This document shows positions 24,550 to 37,740 of a DNA stretch of 64,000 nt, one piece after another. The position numbers and the translations under genes are program-made. Source of the DNA: Camelus dromedarius. Its lineage: Eukaryota. The notes under the pieces were generated by a model. It was not told the origin of the DNA. It was given only the letters and a program-made list of their open reading frames with translations, and did no database searches. Numbering within the stretch: position 1 is the stretch's first letter; each line of letters opens with the position of its first letter. The stretch is taken from assembly GCF_036321535.1 (NCBI RefSeq), contig NC_087436.1, positions 66,652,001 to 66,716,000 of the forward strand, in the 5' to 3' direction.

Positions 24550-25850
24550 CCCCTCACCAAATGGAGCTTTCATTCTAAAGGATGAAAGGGCTAATGAGCA
24601 AATAAAGAAGTACATACAGAAACGGGTCAAGTGATGACAAAGCCAAATCAGGGGATTAGAGAGGGTTTCTGGGGGAGGGGAGGTGGTTATTTTATCAGGG
24701 TGGTGGGGGAATGATTCACTATAAAACTGACATACCCTAAACCATGAAAGACATTCCATGCGAATAGAAGGGAGTTGACCTACTGGGCAAAAGAAGACTA
24801 AGTGCAAATGCCCTGTGGCAAGATCATGCTTGAGGTGTTTGAGGATATTTGAGGTCAGTGGGGCTAAAGCAAGGTTAAGTGAGACGTGTCGACTAAAATA
24901 AATGTGCAGCCTAAAAGTTGAGAGTTATGTTTTATTTGGCAGGAGGACTCAAGCAGTGCTGACAGCCTCTCAGATGGCTCTGAGGAACTGCTCCAAAGAG
25001 GTAGGGGAGGAGCTAGGATATATAGGAGCTTTACAACAAAGACCAGGTAGTTGGAACAATAAGAGATTACTTGTTATGTAAAGAAAACCAGGCATCTCAA
25101 GTTAAAGAATTTAGTGCTTTTCTATATATGGGAGGAAGCAAACATTTGGGCTCATTGAATTCATTCCTTTGACAAGCACCTAGCTGTCTAGGGCCAGTAT
25201 CCTGTCCTTTCTTATTCTGAGTCCCCTCAGGGTGCACCACTGTGAGCGGCTGCAGAGGCTGGGCTGCAGGCTTGTCTTCACTGGGGGGTGGGTCAACCAC
25301 TGATGACTTGATGGCTTCAGCATTCTTTGTTTACTGATGGGTTTGCAGTATTTTTCATTCACAGAAGGCAGTGGATGTAGATGGTTTTAGGAAGTAAGCA
25401 GAGGGCTTACTAATAATCGGTTGGACGCAAGCCTTCAGGTGAGGACAAAGGTCCAGGCTGAAGGAGTAAATTCTAAATCACCTGCCTATAGATCACAATT
25501 AAGATTATGAGGTTGGATGAAATTACTAGGGGAAGACAAGAAGTCTGAGGAATGATCCCTAAGGCACTACGACATGTAGGCTTTAAAAAAACAAAAAACA
25601 AAAAACCACAGTTACATAATTGAGTTAAAATCTGTGCTAGGCCAGTAAAAAGAAAAGAAAACACAGAAACCTTGGATTTAGCACTGAGGAGGTGCTGTTG
25701 TTCTTAACAAGGGGTATTTTGGCATGGTAGGGGCAGAAATGCCCAAATGATTTGGGTTCTAGAGGGAAAAAGATGAAAGGATTAAGAAAAAGTGAATAAT
25801 GTAAAATAATCTTGAAATTTTACTGTAAAATAGAACAAAGAAAAGTAATG
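24550..25850 (-). mobile_element. LINE-2 fragments interrupted by the LTR at 24887-25363
   Basis: ggagctttcattcta..., caaatgccctgtggcaagatcatgcttg..., ggatgaaattactaggg, ttggatttagcactgaggaggt. Confidence 0.6.
24887..25363 (-). mobile_element. ERV1 solo LTR, MER41-like (cetartiodactyl type)
   Basis: TG/CA termini; flanks gacg/gaag (3 of 4 TSD match); antisense AATAAA near 24925; body gaatttagtgcttttctatatatggga...tcattcctttgac...ggccagtatcctg recalled as MER41_BT/Vpa-like. Confidence 0.7.
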
Positions 25851-25980
25851 CAACCAATCCCCCTAAAATCAAGTTCCTCTGCCAAGTTTATGATTAACCT
25901 TTCTATCTAAAATGTTATTGCCTTTCTTGTCCAACACCCATTCCCCTTAAGATTGAGAAGTAGCAAAAAAAAAAATGGAG

Positions 25981-26581
25981 TATCGAAATCCAGCAGGACC
26001 CTGTGGGGCCCTCCCAGTCCTTGTCATGTTTCTTACTTGTAGGAAGAAGGTTTCAGCCTCCTAGAGCTTCCCTAAGTTCCAAAGGGCAGATTCAAACAGT
26101 TACTAATCAGGGGAGTGAGGAAATGCAGAAGTAAAGGAGGAGCAGTCAAGAAACAATAGTGCAGAGATGGGACATGACCTTGGTTCCTCTTCAGGGAGTA
26201 TACACAACCATCTGATATGGATCTCTGAGGTCCTTTACAGGAACAAGGTCCCCACCCAGATGGAGGATGGTAACTATAGGCAGTAGCACTGGACCCCAGA
26301 CTGGCCAGAACCTGATGATTCTTGCTGATGATTGAGATTACTGGACCATCACCCTGTTACCTCACCACAAGCAAATTAGAAGACAGCCACACACCCTGCA
26401 GCTGTCTCCCGAAATTTGCCTTTAAAAACTCTTCCCTGAGACCCATCAGGGAGTCTTTTGAGTACAAGCCACCAGTTCTCCTTGCTTGGTTCTTGCAATA
26501 AACCTTTCCCTGCTCCAAACTGACATTTGGGTTTGTTTGGCCTCACTGTGCATTGGGCATAAGCACTTGGGTTCAACAACA
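25981..26581 (+). mobile_element. ERV1-type solo LTR
   Basis: ~600-bp island; TATA-like tttaaaaa near 26421, AATAAA near 26498, U5-like tttggcctcactgtgcattggg, ends caaca; start TA is probably a mutated TG. Confidence 0.75.
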
Positions 26582-26907
26582 GTAACTGCCAGACATGCTC
26601 AAGGAAAACTTTTATTTTTTATGGGAGATTCTAAAACACACTTCTATGCTTTGGAGACTGGTCTAGCCAATTTTGAAATGCACAAACAGTGCAAGATAGA
26701 GCCAAGGCCAATTATTGAAGTACTGTCTTTGAGAAGGAAACTGGGCATAAAATTCATTTTTGATTTGGGCTTTGAAAGGAGCATGACTTGTTTATACGAT
26801 GGTTTTCAATGCCATCAGACCCACTACCTCTGTTTAGCAAATATTTGGTAACTTGCCCTCTACTATGCAAAAATTATGTTCCTATAAATGATAACATCTT
26901 CACATTT

Positions 26908-27132
26908 TTTCGGTTTTTTTCTTTTATTGGTTTTTTAAAGAATTTTTTTATTGAAGTATAGTTGATTTACAATGTTAGTTTCAGGTGTACAGCAAAGTGA
27001 CTCAGTTGTACATATACATATCTATATTTTTTTTCTTTTCAGACTCTTCTGTTATATATTATTATAAGAAATTGAATATAGTTCCCTGTGCTATATGGTA
27101 GGTCCTTGTTGTTTATCTGTTTTATATATAGC
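26908..27132 (-). mobile_element. L1 3' UTR fragment
   Basis: ttattgaagtatagttgatttacaatgttagtttcaggtgtacagcaaagtga; possible degenerate TSD aacatcttcacattt (26893-26907) versus aacatgttaatattt (27133-27147). Confidence 0.9.
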
Positions 27133-28329
27133 AACATGTTAATATTTAATTTCAAAAATATCAACATTATATCTTAACTGCAATCAAAATGAGAAGTAAA
27201 ATAATTTATAACAAAATAACATTTAGTTTAATTTCTAGAATGTAATTGCATGGGATACCTGATGAAATAGTTAAATGCATTGACAAGGAGACTATGTCAA
27301 TATAAAAGCACAAATACGGACTGACACGTGTACTGTATTTAGATCCAATTACCTCAAATATAATGAACTAAGTTGTTCAGTTGACTTATTTTTCAAAAAT
27401 GGTGAGGGGCTATTGCTAAATTTCTAAAATTAAAATCTTCCCTCAATAATATATGATTAGTGAAATTCACTCCAAATCCAGTGTGCATTAAAAATGGGTA
27501 AATTTTTCTTTATGCTTACTTCCTAAGTAGAAATTTGTTCTGAACACAGGCAATTATAAACAGATTTTTACACACATAAACACACGGCAGGATATTTAAA
27601 AGTTGTACAACTTATTGGAAAACACTTCTTTGAGATCGCGACTATCCCATTTGTTGCAGTTTTAACAGGAGTCCTGGTTTCTACCACCTAGAAGCTAGTA
27701 TCGCCACTCCTCTGAATCATTTTATAAATTACAATAAAGCCAGAAAGCTTTAGGAGGTAATGTGATTGATGACAAGAATCACTGATCTATAGTAACAAGA
27801 ATAAAGGCAGAGGAAGTGAGCAAAGGTGCATGTTGGCTGGCTAAGGTGGAGGTGTGAGGGGAGTTAATTCTATTTCTTAAATGTGAGAATAGAGGAGGAT
27901 GTCCTGGAGGTTGAGAAAGAGGAAACATCTATGAGTAAGAGAAATAATAAGCTGAGGAAATATAATAAGATTTCTGGAAAGAGTTCTGGGCTCAAATATG
28001 GCTGATGATTCAAAAATGATGATCAGGCATCATGACTGTAATTTTTTCTTTGCCAAGTCAGCTGTACCAGTTGGATTTATCCAGACTTGGTTTTTTTTCC
28101 AGGTGATAACTGATGGAGGGGGAGCATTGCAGGTGTTATAGCAACACAGTGGAGTATAAAGCGGTTTAATTCTGTTATATAACCTTAAAGCTGAAATTTT
28201 TAAGATGAAGGAGGGAATAATAACTCTAAAGTGACGATATATACCAAGCCCACTAGCATACATGTCTAATAGAATAAACTGCCACTACTCTATGAGGTAG
28301 CAGCATCCCCAAAGGAGACCTACTTTTAG

Positions 28330-28800
28330 TTGATGTAAGAAAGTTCAAAAGGAATATTTCAGAAGCTGAGGGCATAGCAGTTTTACTGAGATCAGACTGT
28401 AGGGGAAAGCAGAGGAGAGTGACATAAGGGACAATAAGGGAGAATGACAGCAGATACTCTTTCTTCCCCCAGTCCTGAAGGGACAAGAGGAGGGACCCAG
28501 AGAATGAGAGAGAAATGCTCGAAGAGACCACCAGACAGAAGCTAAGACCTTTGGTCTAGAAAATGCCAACCCAGAGTGATCCCACAGGGAGGGAGCCTGA
28601 GGGATAAATACACCAACCTCACTCTCTCCGATCTTCCATAAGTGATTCCCCTTGGCTGGATCCAATCAGAAGCCAAAGTACAGGAAAAATGTTGATGGAG
28701 CCCATGTTGGTCAGCATTCTGGGGCAAGAACTGAGTGGAGAAAATTGGAGGGTGAATCTGAAGGGGCGGGAGATGGAGTCGGGTCTGGGATGTCAGCACA
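28330..28800 (-). mobile_element. ERVL solo LTR, LTR41/LTR16-like
   Basis: Minus strand begins TGTGCTG and includes gccccttcagattcaccctcca...gccccagaatgctgacc; left boundary uncertain. Confidence 0.55.
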
Positions 28801-29109
28801 GTCCTCTAACTGGATGAGGTCCAGGTTGTAAGGGATGACTCAGGCATCCTAGGATTTTGCATGGCCTTAGTGAAGAGGGCAAAGGTATGATTAAATTAGC
28901 CCTAATGGTCTTCTAGGTACGCTGTAATGGGGGACTGTGAATATTGGCGTTGAGGGAGAAGAGAGATAGAAAACTCTTTAAGGAGCATATGGAGCTCTCT
29001 GGCCCACTCTTCAATTTGTTATGCTTTGGATAATACTTTACACATTTTAGCTCCATAAAATTTTTTTGACTAATTTGACAAATTGCATTTAATATCTAAC
29101 AAAGAACAA

Positions 29110-29335
29110 CTTAATAATGAAATCTATACCTAGCACTTTTTTGTGAGCTAGGCTATGTTCCATGTACATTACATGGATTAATTCTTTGCTATCTTATACA
29201 AAACCCTGTGAAGTATGAATGCTATCATTCCCATTATCTAACTGGAGAAACCCATGCAAAAAGAAATTCCATAGCCTGCCATGCTTGCACAAGCAGTTAG
29301 TGATAGAGCCAGAATGCAAACCCACCTTACAGTGA
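29110..29335 (-). mobile_element. MIR SINE
   Basis: aaaccctgtgaagta...tcccattatctaactggagaaac...gttagtgatagagccagaatgcaaaccc. Confidence 0.7.
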
Positions 29336-29594
29336 CTTTAGCAAACCTAGCAAATACATGAGAAAATACGACACAATCACATTAATTCTCAAATGTGAGG
29401 GGCATACTAGTAAAGGAAAAATTCTGAATTAAAAAATATTTTAAAATGTAATTTCAAAAACTGTATTTTAAAATGAAAGCATTAATAATCTGAAACATTA
29501 ATAGCTTTATTTAATGAGTAGATTCATTACACCTTTTTAACTCTATGTATAGAAGGAGTAAAGTAAGGTGGTGATGTGTGCAAAGTCCAGAATT

Positions 29595-29765
29595 GGATTT
29601 TTGGCATTGAAGTTCCAACTCTACCACTGAGGCCTTAGACAAGCTAAGTTTTCAAACTCTCAACTGTGAAATGGAAAAACTAATATTGTCAAGCACTTGG
29701 TATTGCTATGGAGGCATAAATGAGAAATGTGATGCTCTTAAGAGACGGGCCCATAGTTACTGCAA
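29595..29765 (+). mobile_element. MIR SINE
   Basis: ccaactctaccactgaggccttagacaag...ctgtgaaatggaaaactaata. Confidence 0.5.
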
Positions 29766-29830
29766 TACATGCTGAGAAAATGAGTCAGGAGTTCATATCT
29801 TCAAGGACTGAGGGGAAACCCTAATAATAA

Positions 29831-30238
29831 TGTTAAAGAACAAAATTCAACTGAGCAAAAAGTAAAGATCTAATTGTCTTCATTCATCAATTCATGAATT
29901 GGGTAACAGCCCATTTAGCAAATAGAAAGGAGCTCTGAGAAGCTATATATATATATATAGAAGATTTTATAGGCAGAAGGAGGCAGAGCAAGGAACTTAT
30001 TCTAGCAAAAGAGTGGACTGTTTCAGGCAAGGTCACCATCCTTTGGGGAAAGGCAGGAGTCAATCACGGAGATTACCTCACTAGTGCTGACCAGGTCATT
30101 CCAAACTGATTGGTTAAAGATAACATTCCTAGTAGAGGCTGAAACTGAATCTAGGTTAGATATTAAGTCTTTGTTTCCTGATGGGGAGCTTAGCATAAGT
30201 GACTCCATTTTGGGCCTCTTGTTTCTTTTTTTTTAATT
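29831..30238 (-). mobile_element. ERV1 solo LTR, MER31/MER67-related
   Basis: tgttaaagaacaaaattcaactgag...caattcatgaattggg...ttttataggcag (antisense TATA)...agtgactccattttgggcc. Confidence 0.7.
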
Positions 30239-31949
30239 ATAATAATATCATAAGTGTACTCACACATTAATAATTATTTGCTAGATCTACCAGTTTGAAT
30301 GTAGGATTGCTGTTCAAGCAAAACAAGATTTTAAAGAATTTGAAGCACATCATTAATAATTACCTGAATAAGTGGGGTCTGTGTTAACAAAACTTCCATA
30401 TAATCAGTTTATCTAATTAAAATTAGAATTATATCCTGATCTTTTTTTGAGTAGGTCAGAGTTACAAATCAACTTTCAGAGAAGAGTATCACTGTGACTT
30501 GTAGAGAAGAAAAAGAAAAGATTATTTGAAAAGTGCTTTAAACCCATTTACTAAAGTTATATATATATTTCCCAAGTCTAGAGCCTTAGCCAGGAAAAAT
30601 AAAACAATATTAACAGCAAAATTGCCAGGGCATTGTTAAAACTGAAATTCTAAGAGAGTATTAATTTTATCAAACTACTACTTAATAAAAAAACCACATA
30701 TGAAATTTTCAGTTTATATATTTATTAAACTCTTTATTGTATGCTTCCAACTCATTCCTGACGTACATAGACCATTTAACTCAGTAATGTTACTTGGCAT
30801 TCCATGTCTATGACCAGTCTATTTTCAGCGACTTCTAGATCACGGGTCTCATCCATTTGGGTCCTCTAGCTTCATCTTTCCAGCGGTAAAGATTGGCAAG
30901 GCTTGAGCATCATTGCTCCCTGATGTTTCAAGCACCTCATAGCTTTTTATTTTAATTGTGATTTGAACCTACTTACAAATGTACAGAATGAATAATCAAA
31001 AGAACTCAATGTTCTAGGATAATGTCTTTTGTTCCAGGAGCCTCTCTCATTAACATTTTGCCTTTTGTATTAACATCTGATTTTGCATTGCCATCTCAGT
31101 TCCCATTTTTATGTAAATAATGGCTGACCTCTGGCACTCTGTGTGTTGTTAAAAATGCACACTTGCAAGCACATGTATTTACTAATTAGAACGACTCAGG
31201 AGCTTTGTGGGAACAGTAAAGAACAGCGTTCATGATGGGTGTTTTCCCACTTCTTGGCGTTGCTTAAGTTTTAAAACATTATTCTTTGTTCATCTGGACT
31301 CTATCCACTTTTAAAAATAATATTTTAAAAGACAGCAGCAAAGATGCTTGGCAAATAATGAAATGTTACTCAGTGGAGCTAAAAATTCTGAGAGCTCAAT
31401 AAATCTGATGTAAATTTGAAATTTGACCTTTTGCTATTAAATTTATGTGTAGGAGAACTTAGATATTTTTGTTATTGAATGGAAGGCCTAAATTTCATAT
31501 TTTTCGATTATATCAATAGAAATTAATTTACAAAATAGATCTCATAAAGTCATCCCTTGGAACTTTCCAATTCCAATTAATTTTCAATTGATTTCTGCTT
31601 TAAAAACATTTTAAAATCTCATCTGTATTAATTTTGAGGCCCTTACAGAAAAAATTATATTATTAATCTATTTACTTTTGTATTTGGGTAGAATAAATAT
31701 TAACACATTGGAATTTCATTAGCATTTATAGACCATGCCTTGTGTCACTGAGGAGAAAAAAACACATCTTAGGACATCTTATTATTGATAATTGTTGGCA
31801 TGAGCTACCTTTGAAGTTGACTATGTGATAGTAGTAATCATTATGAGCTTTTTAAGTAGATGCTTTAAACATTCAGTTTTTTCTTTCATCTGATCAAATA
31901 ATAAATAGGAACAGGTAATTCAGTTCATTATAATCACCCTTACATTTGG

Positions 31950-32850
31950 ACATATGTGTGTTTTTAAAATATAAAAAATTAATTTTTTTCTGATAAAAAT
32001 GCAACATATTCTCATGTTCAAAGAACAGAAAATAGAATTAAAAGATTTTAAGTTTAAGTTACCTACAAACTAACCACCTAAAGATAGTTACTTTTAAGAA
32101 TCTGTTACATAATTTCCCAGATTTATTTCTGTATATGGGTATGGGTGTGGGTTACCTTCTGTCCCCTAAAAAAAAGAAAAAAAAGTGGTCAAACTTCCAA
32201 AATATCTTAGAAGTTGGTTGTTTTAAGTTAATGTTATGTGTTGAATATTTCATACCATTAATAAAGAATTGTTACTGCCCTTAAAATGGTTACCTAGCTT
32301 CACACAATGTGAGGTGTCATAATTTATTTACCCAAATCCTTCCCAGTTGACATGTTAGTTGAGGTTGCTATTTTGATATCATAAATAATATGATGAAAAA
32401 TATCCTCATACATCTTTGTACTTTTCCAATTATTTTTCTTTGCATAAATCACTAGAGGTGAAATTGCTGGGTCAAAGTGTATGCACATTTTTAATTTTTA
32501 TGCATATTGCCTTCCAAAAAGGTCGAACAGATTTCCACACTGGTCAATAGGATATGATAGTGATTATTTTCACATACCCTCACCAATTAAAATGGGTTAA
32601 AGTGTCAATCAGGATAAATGGCATCTCTTTATTTAACTTGTCTTTTAATTATTTTTTTATTATTACTGATGATTGCAAGCATATTTATGTATGTACAGTG
32701 TAGGTTTACAAGACTTTAAAAAATAATGTTTATCTGCCATACATATGGCAAATTTTTCCCAGTTATTTCCTTCTCAATGTTTTTTTTATAGTGATGTGTT
32801 GTTACTGTTTGTTGGAGTTTTACATTTTTATGAAATACGAGGTAAATTAA
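31950..32850 (-). mobile_element. Ancient L1 (L1ME-type) 3' region
   Basis: ataaatcactagaggtgaaattgctgggtcaaagtgtatgcacatttttaatttt is the antisense L1 ORF2 end. Confidence 0.8.
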
Positions 32851-33659
32851 CTAAGTTTTGAAGTTCTAATGAATGTGTTGACCATTACTTCCATAGAGTG
32901 AATTTTTTTCTTGTATTTATTACTATAACTTATATTAAAAACTCAAGAGGTCCTTCTGAAAACAACGTCCTGTATTTCCAGACACTACTTTCTAAAGCCA
33001 AGAATATGCTCACCTGTCCGGAAGCCAATTGCAGAAAAAATTATGTACTTTAGCTTCTCCATTATCTGCTCCCCAGGGCGGGGAACCTCTTGTACCCTCC
33101 AATTGTCCTTTTTCTCATCTTCCCATTTCCTAGACTTACATACAGGTACTGATTGGGCGTAGGTAGCTCCAACCCATGTATTTTCACAAGTATATTCTAT
33201 ATTTGTTGTGACAGAGTTTTTTTTTTTTTTTAAATATTGTGCCAGTATCTACTGAGAAGTAATTGAGCCTTTGTTTCTAAGAATATTTTATGATATTCTG
33301 TCAAAATTTCCTTCCTTAAATAAAAGATAATTGAAGCAACTATAGTATTATTATATCTATACCCAAGCTTTTAATGATTTAAACTGAAAAACAGATAAGG
33401 CATTTCCTCTTAGATAAGAGAAGAGAGGTAAATGCTTTATTTTAAATTTATTAATAAAATTTTTTAAGAAAAAAATTCTTACTAAATGTAAACTTTAAAA
33501 GGAAGTATGTCAAGAAGTAGGGCAATTTTCCCAGAAAAGAAATTATTGATATCACATGAATAGTGCTGAAGAAAGAGTGAAATGAGACCATGTAGTTCTG
33601 ATCAACAGTAGTCATGTAATTTAATTAGAATCACATAATTCTTATTTTTATGTTTTCTT

Positions 33660-34590
33660 TATTATACAGATGAGAAAATAGGCTCTTTCGGTTGAATCAG
33701 GCACAGTAAAGCATATATATACAGATCGTCAATCAAGTGTGAGCAGAGAATAAAAACTTTCTTATATATTCTAAGATTCGAAACACATACGCCGCATGCA
33801 TTCTTCCTTAGAAGAATATCTTGTAGAGCATGTGCTCCGGGGAATAAAAGAGAACACCAATTAAGAGAAAAACATGAAGTATAAGACAGAAGGCCCAAGA
33901 GGAAAAACGGTGAAGGGCCGTCCTAAGATGACAAAGAGCAGCACCTCAGAGAGCAGCCCTGTCGAAGGGAGCAGAAGACGGATTGTGAGGGGGAATAAAG
34001 AAACTGAGAGGTTAGCTGATAAGGGTTTACGGATTGAAAAGTACTATGTGTCGAAGGGAACATGTGAGAAAAATTAATGCAAATATATGAACAATTCAAC
34101 CTCTGAAGAAAATAAAGCAACCACTAACTTCTAGAAAATGCAGGTATATAAGAAAGGAAATTTAGTTGTATAAAGTACACTACTCGGTTCTTCAGTGAAC
34201 ATATTTTTACAGATAATAATAAGGAAAACTCTAACTGGTGGTTTAAATTAAGCAGCTTTATAATTACATGGGAAGACTGAAAAGGGGGAAAGTCAGGGTA
34301 TAAGCATGGGTGATCAGAGTTATGATCTCACACATCATAACTGTTAACTAGAGAAATCTACAACTGGCAAGCCAAAAATAGCAGTGGAGCACAATATTTA
34401 GGAACTGAAATAGCAGAAGAAACATCTGGAAAGATTAGAAATATTTGCCTATGAGGCGCAGAAGTTGCAAAGAAGTAGGTCCGGGCATGACCCTTGCTCT
34501 TACAAAGATTTCTGTAGTGTCCAATTTTTTAAAAATCTAGGTACATGCTTCATGTTGACAAAAATAATTAATTTAAAATAGTTTTGCAAA
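33660..34590 (+). mobile_element. HAL1/L1 ORF1-related fossil
   Basis: catgcattcttccttagaagaatatcttgtagagcatgtgctcc...aaaacatgaagtataagaca resembles HAL1. Confidence 0.5.
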
Positions 34591-35988
34591 AGAAAAGATT
34601 TCAAACATTACCTCAATACATAAAATATCGTTAAGTTTCCTGTTTCTAAAACTTTGAAGTTTATCCCCAGCATTAAGTGGCAGTACCTGTTCTCAATAAA
34701 GGATTACTCTAGAACCATTTTAATGGTAAATGCAAGTATGTATTTGTAAGAAGACATTCCATGGACATGAATAATTCATTAACACACATACTATTTTTAG
34801 GCAGAAAATTAATATTTTCTTGATTTTTTTTTTTCTGTCAGCCTTTAAACTCCAATTTCCATTCTGGTAATTTGTTAGTTCGCACCCCCCATCTCACCTC
34901 CCTGCATTATTTTAATCTTAAGGCAGTTTTGAAGATAATGTAATTTTAAGCCTCTAGAGAAACTAGCTATGGAAAACCTGGCATGACTTCAAAAAGATTT
35001 TGCACAGCACCCATATCACCAAACCAGTTTTGTTTTCTTTGGCACCAGCAACTATTATCTTTCCTATTTTGACTGTCTTTTTTTCTTTTTCTTTTTAAAC
35101 TGCATATATCAATGTCAGGGTACTCTCGCTTGCTCTATTAAGCCTTATGATAAGACATCTAAGAATTACAATTGTGTATAATCCTGGGAAGCATATCAAC
35201 CAAGGAGTTTGTTCAGAAAGAGAAAACAATGTATTTGGACTTTAGCTCCATTACCTCTATTGTTGAAAAACTAAAAGTAAGTCATCTTATTTTCTTTCTA
35301 TTTGTACTTTGTTTAAATATGTTAATATAAGAAACAACAGTTTTCTCTTGCAAGGTAACATTAAATCACATTTTGCAAAAATTGACAAAACAAGAGAAAT
35401 TGGTATCATTCTTTGTAAAAAGAAACAAACAAAAGAGACCAGAGTGGCTTTTTGTGTGTGAAATATAATAAAGCTTTGCTGATGACAGATGGAAATCAAA
35501 ACATTAAAACCTTGAGCTTAATAAAAACAGCTGTGTTTCTGACAACTTTTTAAAAGTTTTCTAAACCAGTAATTGAAAGGTAGTGAATATAATTAAAAAT
35601 CAACTGAAAATGAGTCAGAGTGTTAAAAAAAAATAGGAGGTTGATCACATATAAAGGAGGTCATCTTAAATTTCTAATACTGTTACAGTCCGCTCAGCAC
35701 ACCTATGCAGGTGATGGACAATAATGACCTCTTGTAGCCCATTACAGTCTTATGATTCTAAGGCAGTTGAGCACAGCTGAGCTGATGCAACAGCTACATA
35801 TAATGAGCTGCTGACTTTTGTGATTATTGAATTTAATATTTTTCCTATACAAATAAGATTTATTGATTGATGCATCGAAGCATAGCAGTATGACTGCTTT
35901 ATATTAAACTAAATCACACAATATTCACTGTAGAAAATGGCCAGCAATATTAACTTAAATCTATCATTAATCACACTTAATACTGACT

Positions 35989-36076
35989 TTTTTAATGGAG
36001 GTATTGGGAATTGAACCTGGGACCTCATGCATGCTAGGCATGCACTCTACCATTGAGCTAGTACCCTCCCTTCTTC
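35989..36076 (-). mobile_element. tRNA-Ala-derived SINE (camelid vic-1-like)
   Basis: Minus strand reads gggagggtactagctcaatggtagagtgcatgcctagcatgcatgaggtcccaggttcaattccc; TSD aatactgact (35979-35988) versus aataccaact (36077-36086). Confidence 0.9.
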
Positions 36077-36429
36077 AATACCAACTACATGATTGTCTCT
36101 AGGAATATTTAGGATTACTTTCTTTACAGAAACCAAAGTACAAAATTTCTCCCAATATGAGTCTTGAGCTTAACAATTTTTAAATAGCTGTGACTTCAAG
36201 CATCATCTTGTTATTTTAAGCTAATGAAAATTAAATATTTTATTAAAATAAACTACGTGTTATTCAAGGCTTTCAAAAATAAATATAGATTCAATTCTGA
36301 CTTCTGTGTGATTAATCAACTTGCATTTTGATTCTTGATCCACTTCTTTGTTCGAGTTTCTAAACACCAAATGTTTACTAAATATTTTGATACATAATGA
36401 CCTTATCAAAATTATTATAATTACTTTTG

Positions 36430-36600
36430 GATATAGCCTTTCTGTTCTCTATCCTGATTTGTAGCACTACTCTAGAATCTATTAACCTACTCTTTAAGTA
36501 TTTCAAGAGTGTCTTTGCCCTCAAAATCTCCATGTTCTTATCTATTCTGCTGATCACTGCTGTAATTATCTTCTTAAAGAACAGATCTGATTATGCCATC
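36430..36600 (+). mobile_element. LINE-2 fragment
   Basis: tctattctg...cactgctgtaattatcttcttaaagaacagatctgattatg. Confidence 0.5.
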
Positions 36601-36825
36601 ATGACGGTAAATTTTATGTGTTGACATGACTGGTCTACAGTGCCCAGATATTTGATTAAAAATTATTCTGGATATTTCTGTAAAGGTGGTTTTGTGTTTT
36701 TTGAGGGGTTTTTTTTTTTTTTTTGGATGATATTAACATTTTAATCACTGGACTTTGAGTAAAGAAAGTTATCCTCCATAATATAGGTGGGCCTCATCTT
36801 GTTAGCTGAAGGACTTAATAGAACA
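36601..36825 (+). mobile_element. ERVL MLT2 LTR, 5' part
   Basis: ggtaaattttatgtgttgacatgactgg...gtgcccagatatttg...ggactttgagtaaag...gtgggcctcatc. Confidence 0.85.
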
Positions 36826-37249
36826 TTTGATAGATTAGCATTTGACATTTAAACCATAAAATATTTATGTGCATATATTTAAGAAATATATGTATGAAAT
36901 ATATTTTAACACGATTCTCTGAATATATTTTGTGCTTCTAACTTCCATGCATTGCTAAAGGAAGACCTGACTCCATTTAGCCCCTCCCCACTCCATCCTA
37001 GAAGGTAAAACACAAATCTATTTTTCAAGGCCAAACTGAAATGCTATGTGTTCTAGTTTTAAGATTAAGTCTGTCTAAAAAACTGTGTGCTTGAAACTGT
37101 ACTTCTGTTTTAAAGATGGAGCACCAAGCTTTCCCAAGAAAGCCCACAGAAAACATTGAGGGGTTTCACGAATATGTAATTGAATTCAAAACAGAACTCA
37201 GAACAGGAAAGGGAGCCATCTGTGAATCAGAGGCAGGTTTAGAAAAAGA

Positions 37250-37740
37250 AGCAGACAAGAAATGATAGTTCCCGCCGCCCCGGAAAGCCTGACCTTCACC
37301 CTCAACGGCCCCACTAGATGCTTTGCTGCTCTTGCTTCCACCCAGGGGCCAAGGTAACCAGGCCTGGAAGGCTCACAGACACAGTCCCAGAAGAAGATGG
37401 GACCATTGTGATGCAGAACATGACCCACAACTTGGAAAAAAAAAAATGGGCCTTAAAAATAAACACAAAAAAACGACAAAGAGAAAATGCAACTCCAGGA
37501 AATGATAAATAGAGAAATCAAAGAATAGCTTCAGAATAGAAATGTGTGGGAGTCTCAGACACAGTGAAGGCTCTTGCACCGATGGGGAAGAAGGCAAGAA
37601 GAGACTATGACAAATACATGTTATTTTTAGACCCAGGAAAGGAAAAATATCATTTCTATTGAAAAATACTGCACACAAAACACAAATGAGGAGGCTGGAA
37701 GACCAATCTGAAGAATTATCCTATTGAAGAAAAATAAAAT
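37250..37740 (+). mobile_element. Possible ancient L1 5'/ORF1 fragment
   Basis: A-rich tract ending gaggctggaagaccaatctgaagaattatcc, reminiscent of the L1 ORF1 coiled-coil region. Confidence 0.4.
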
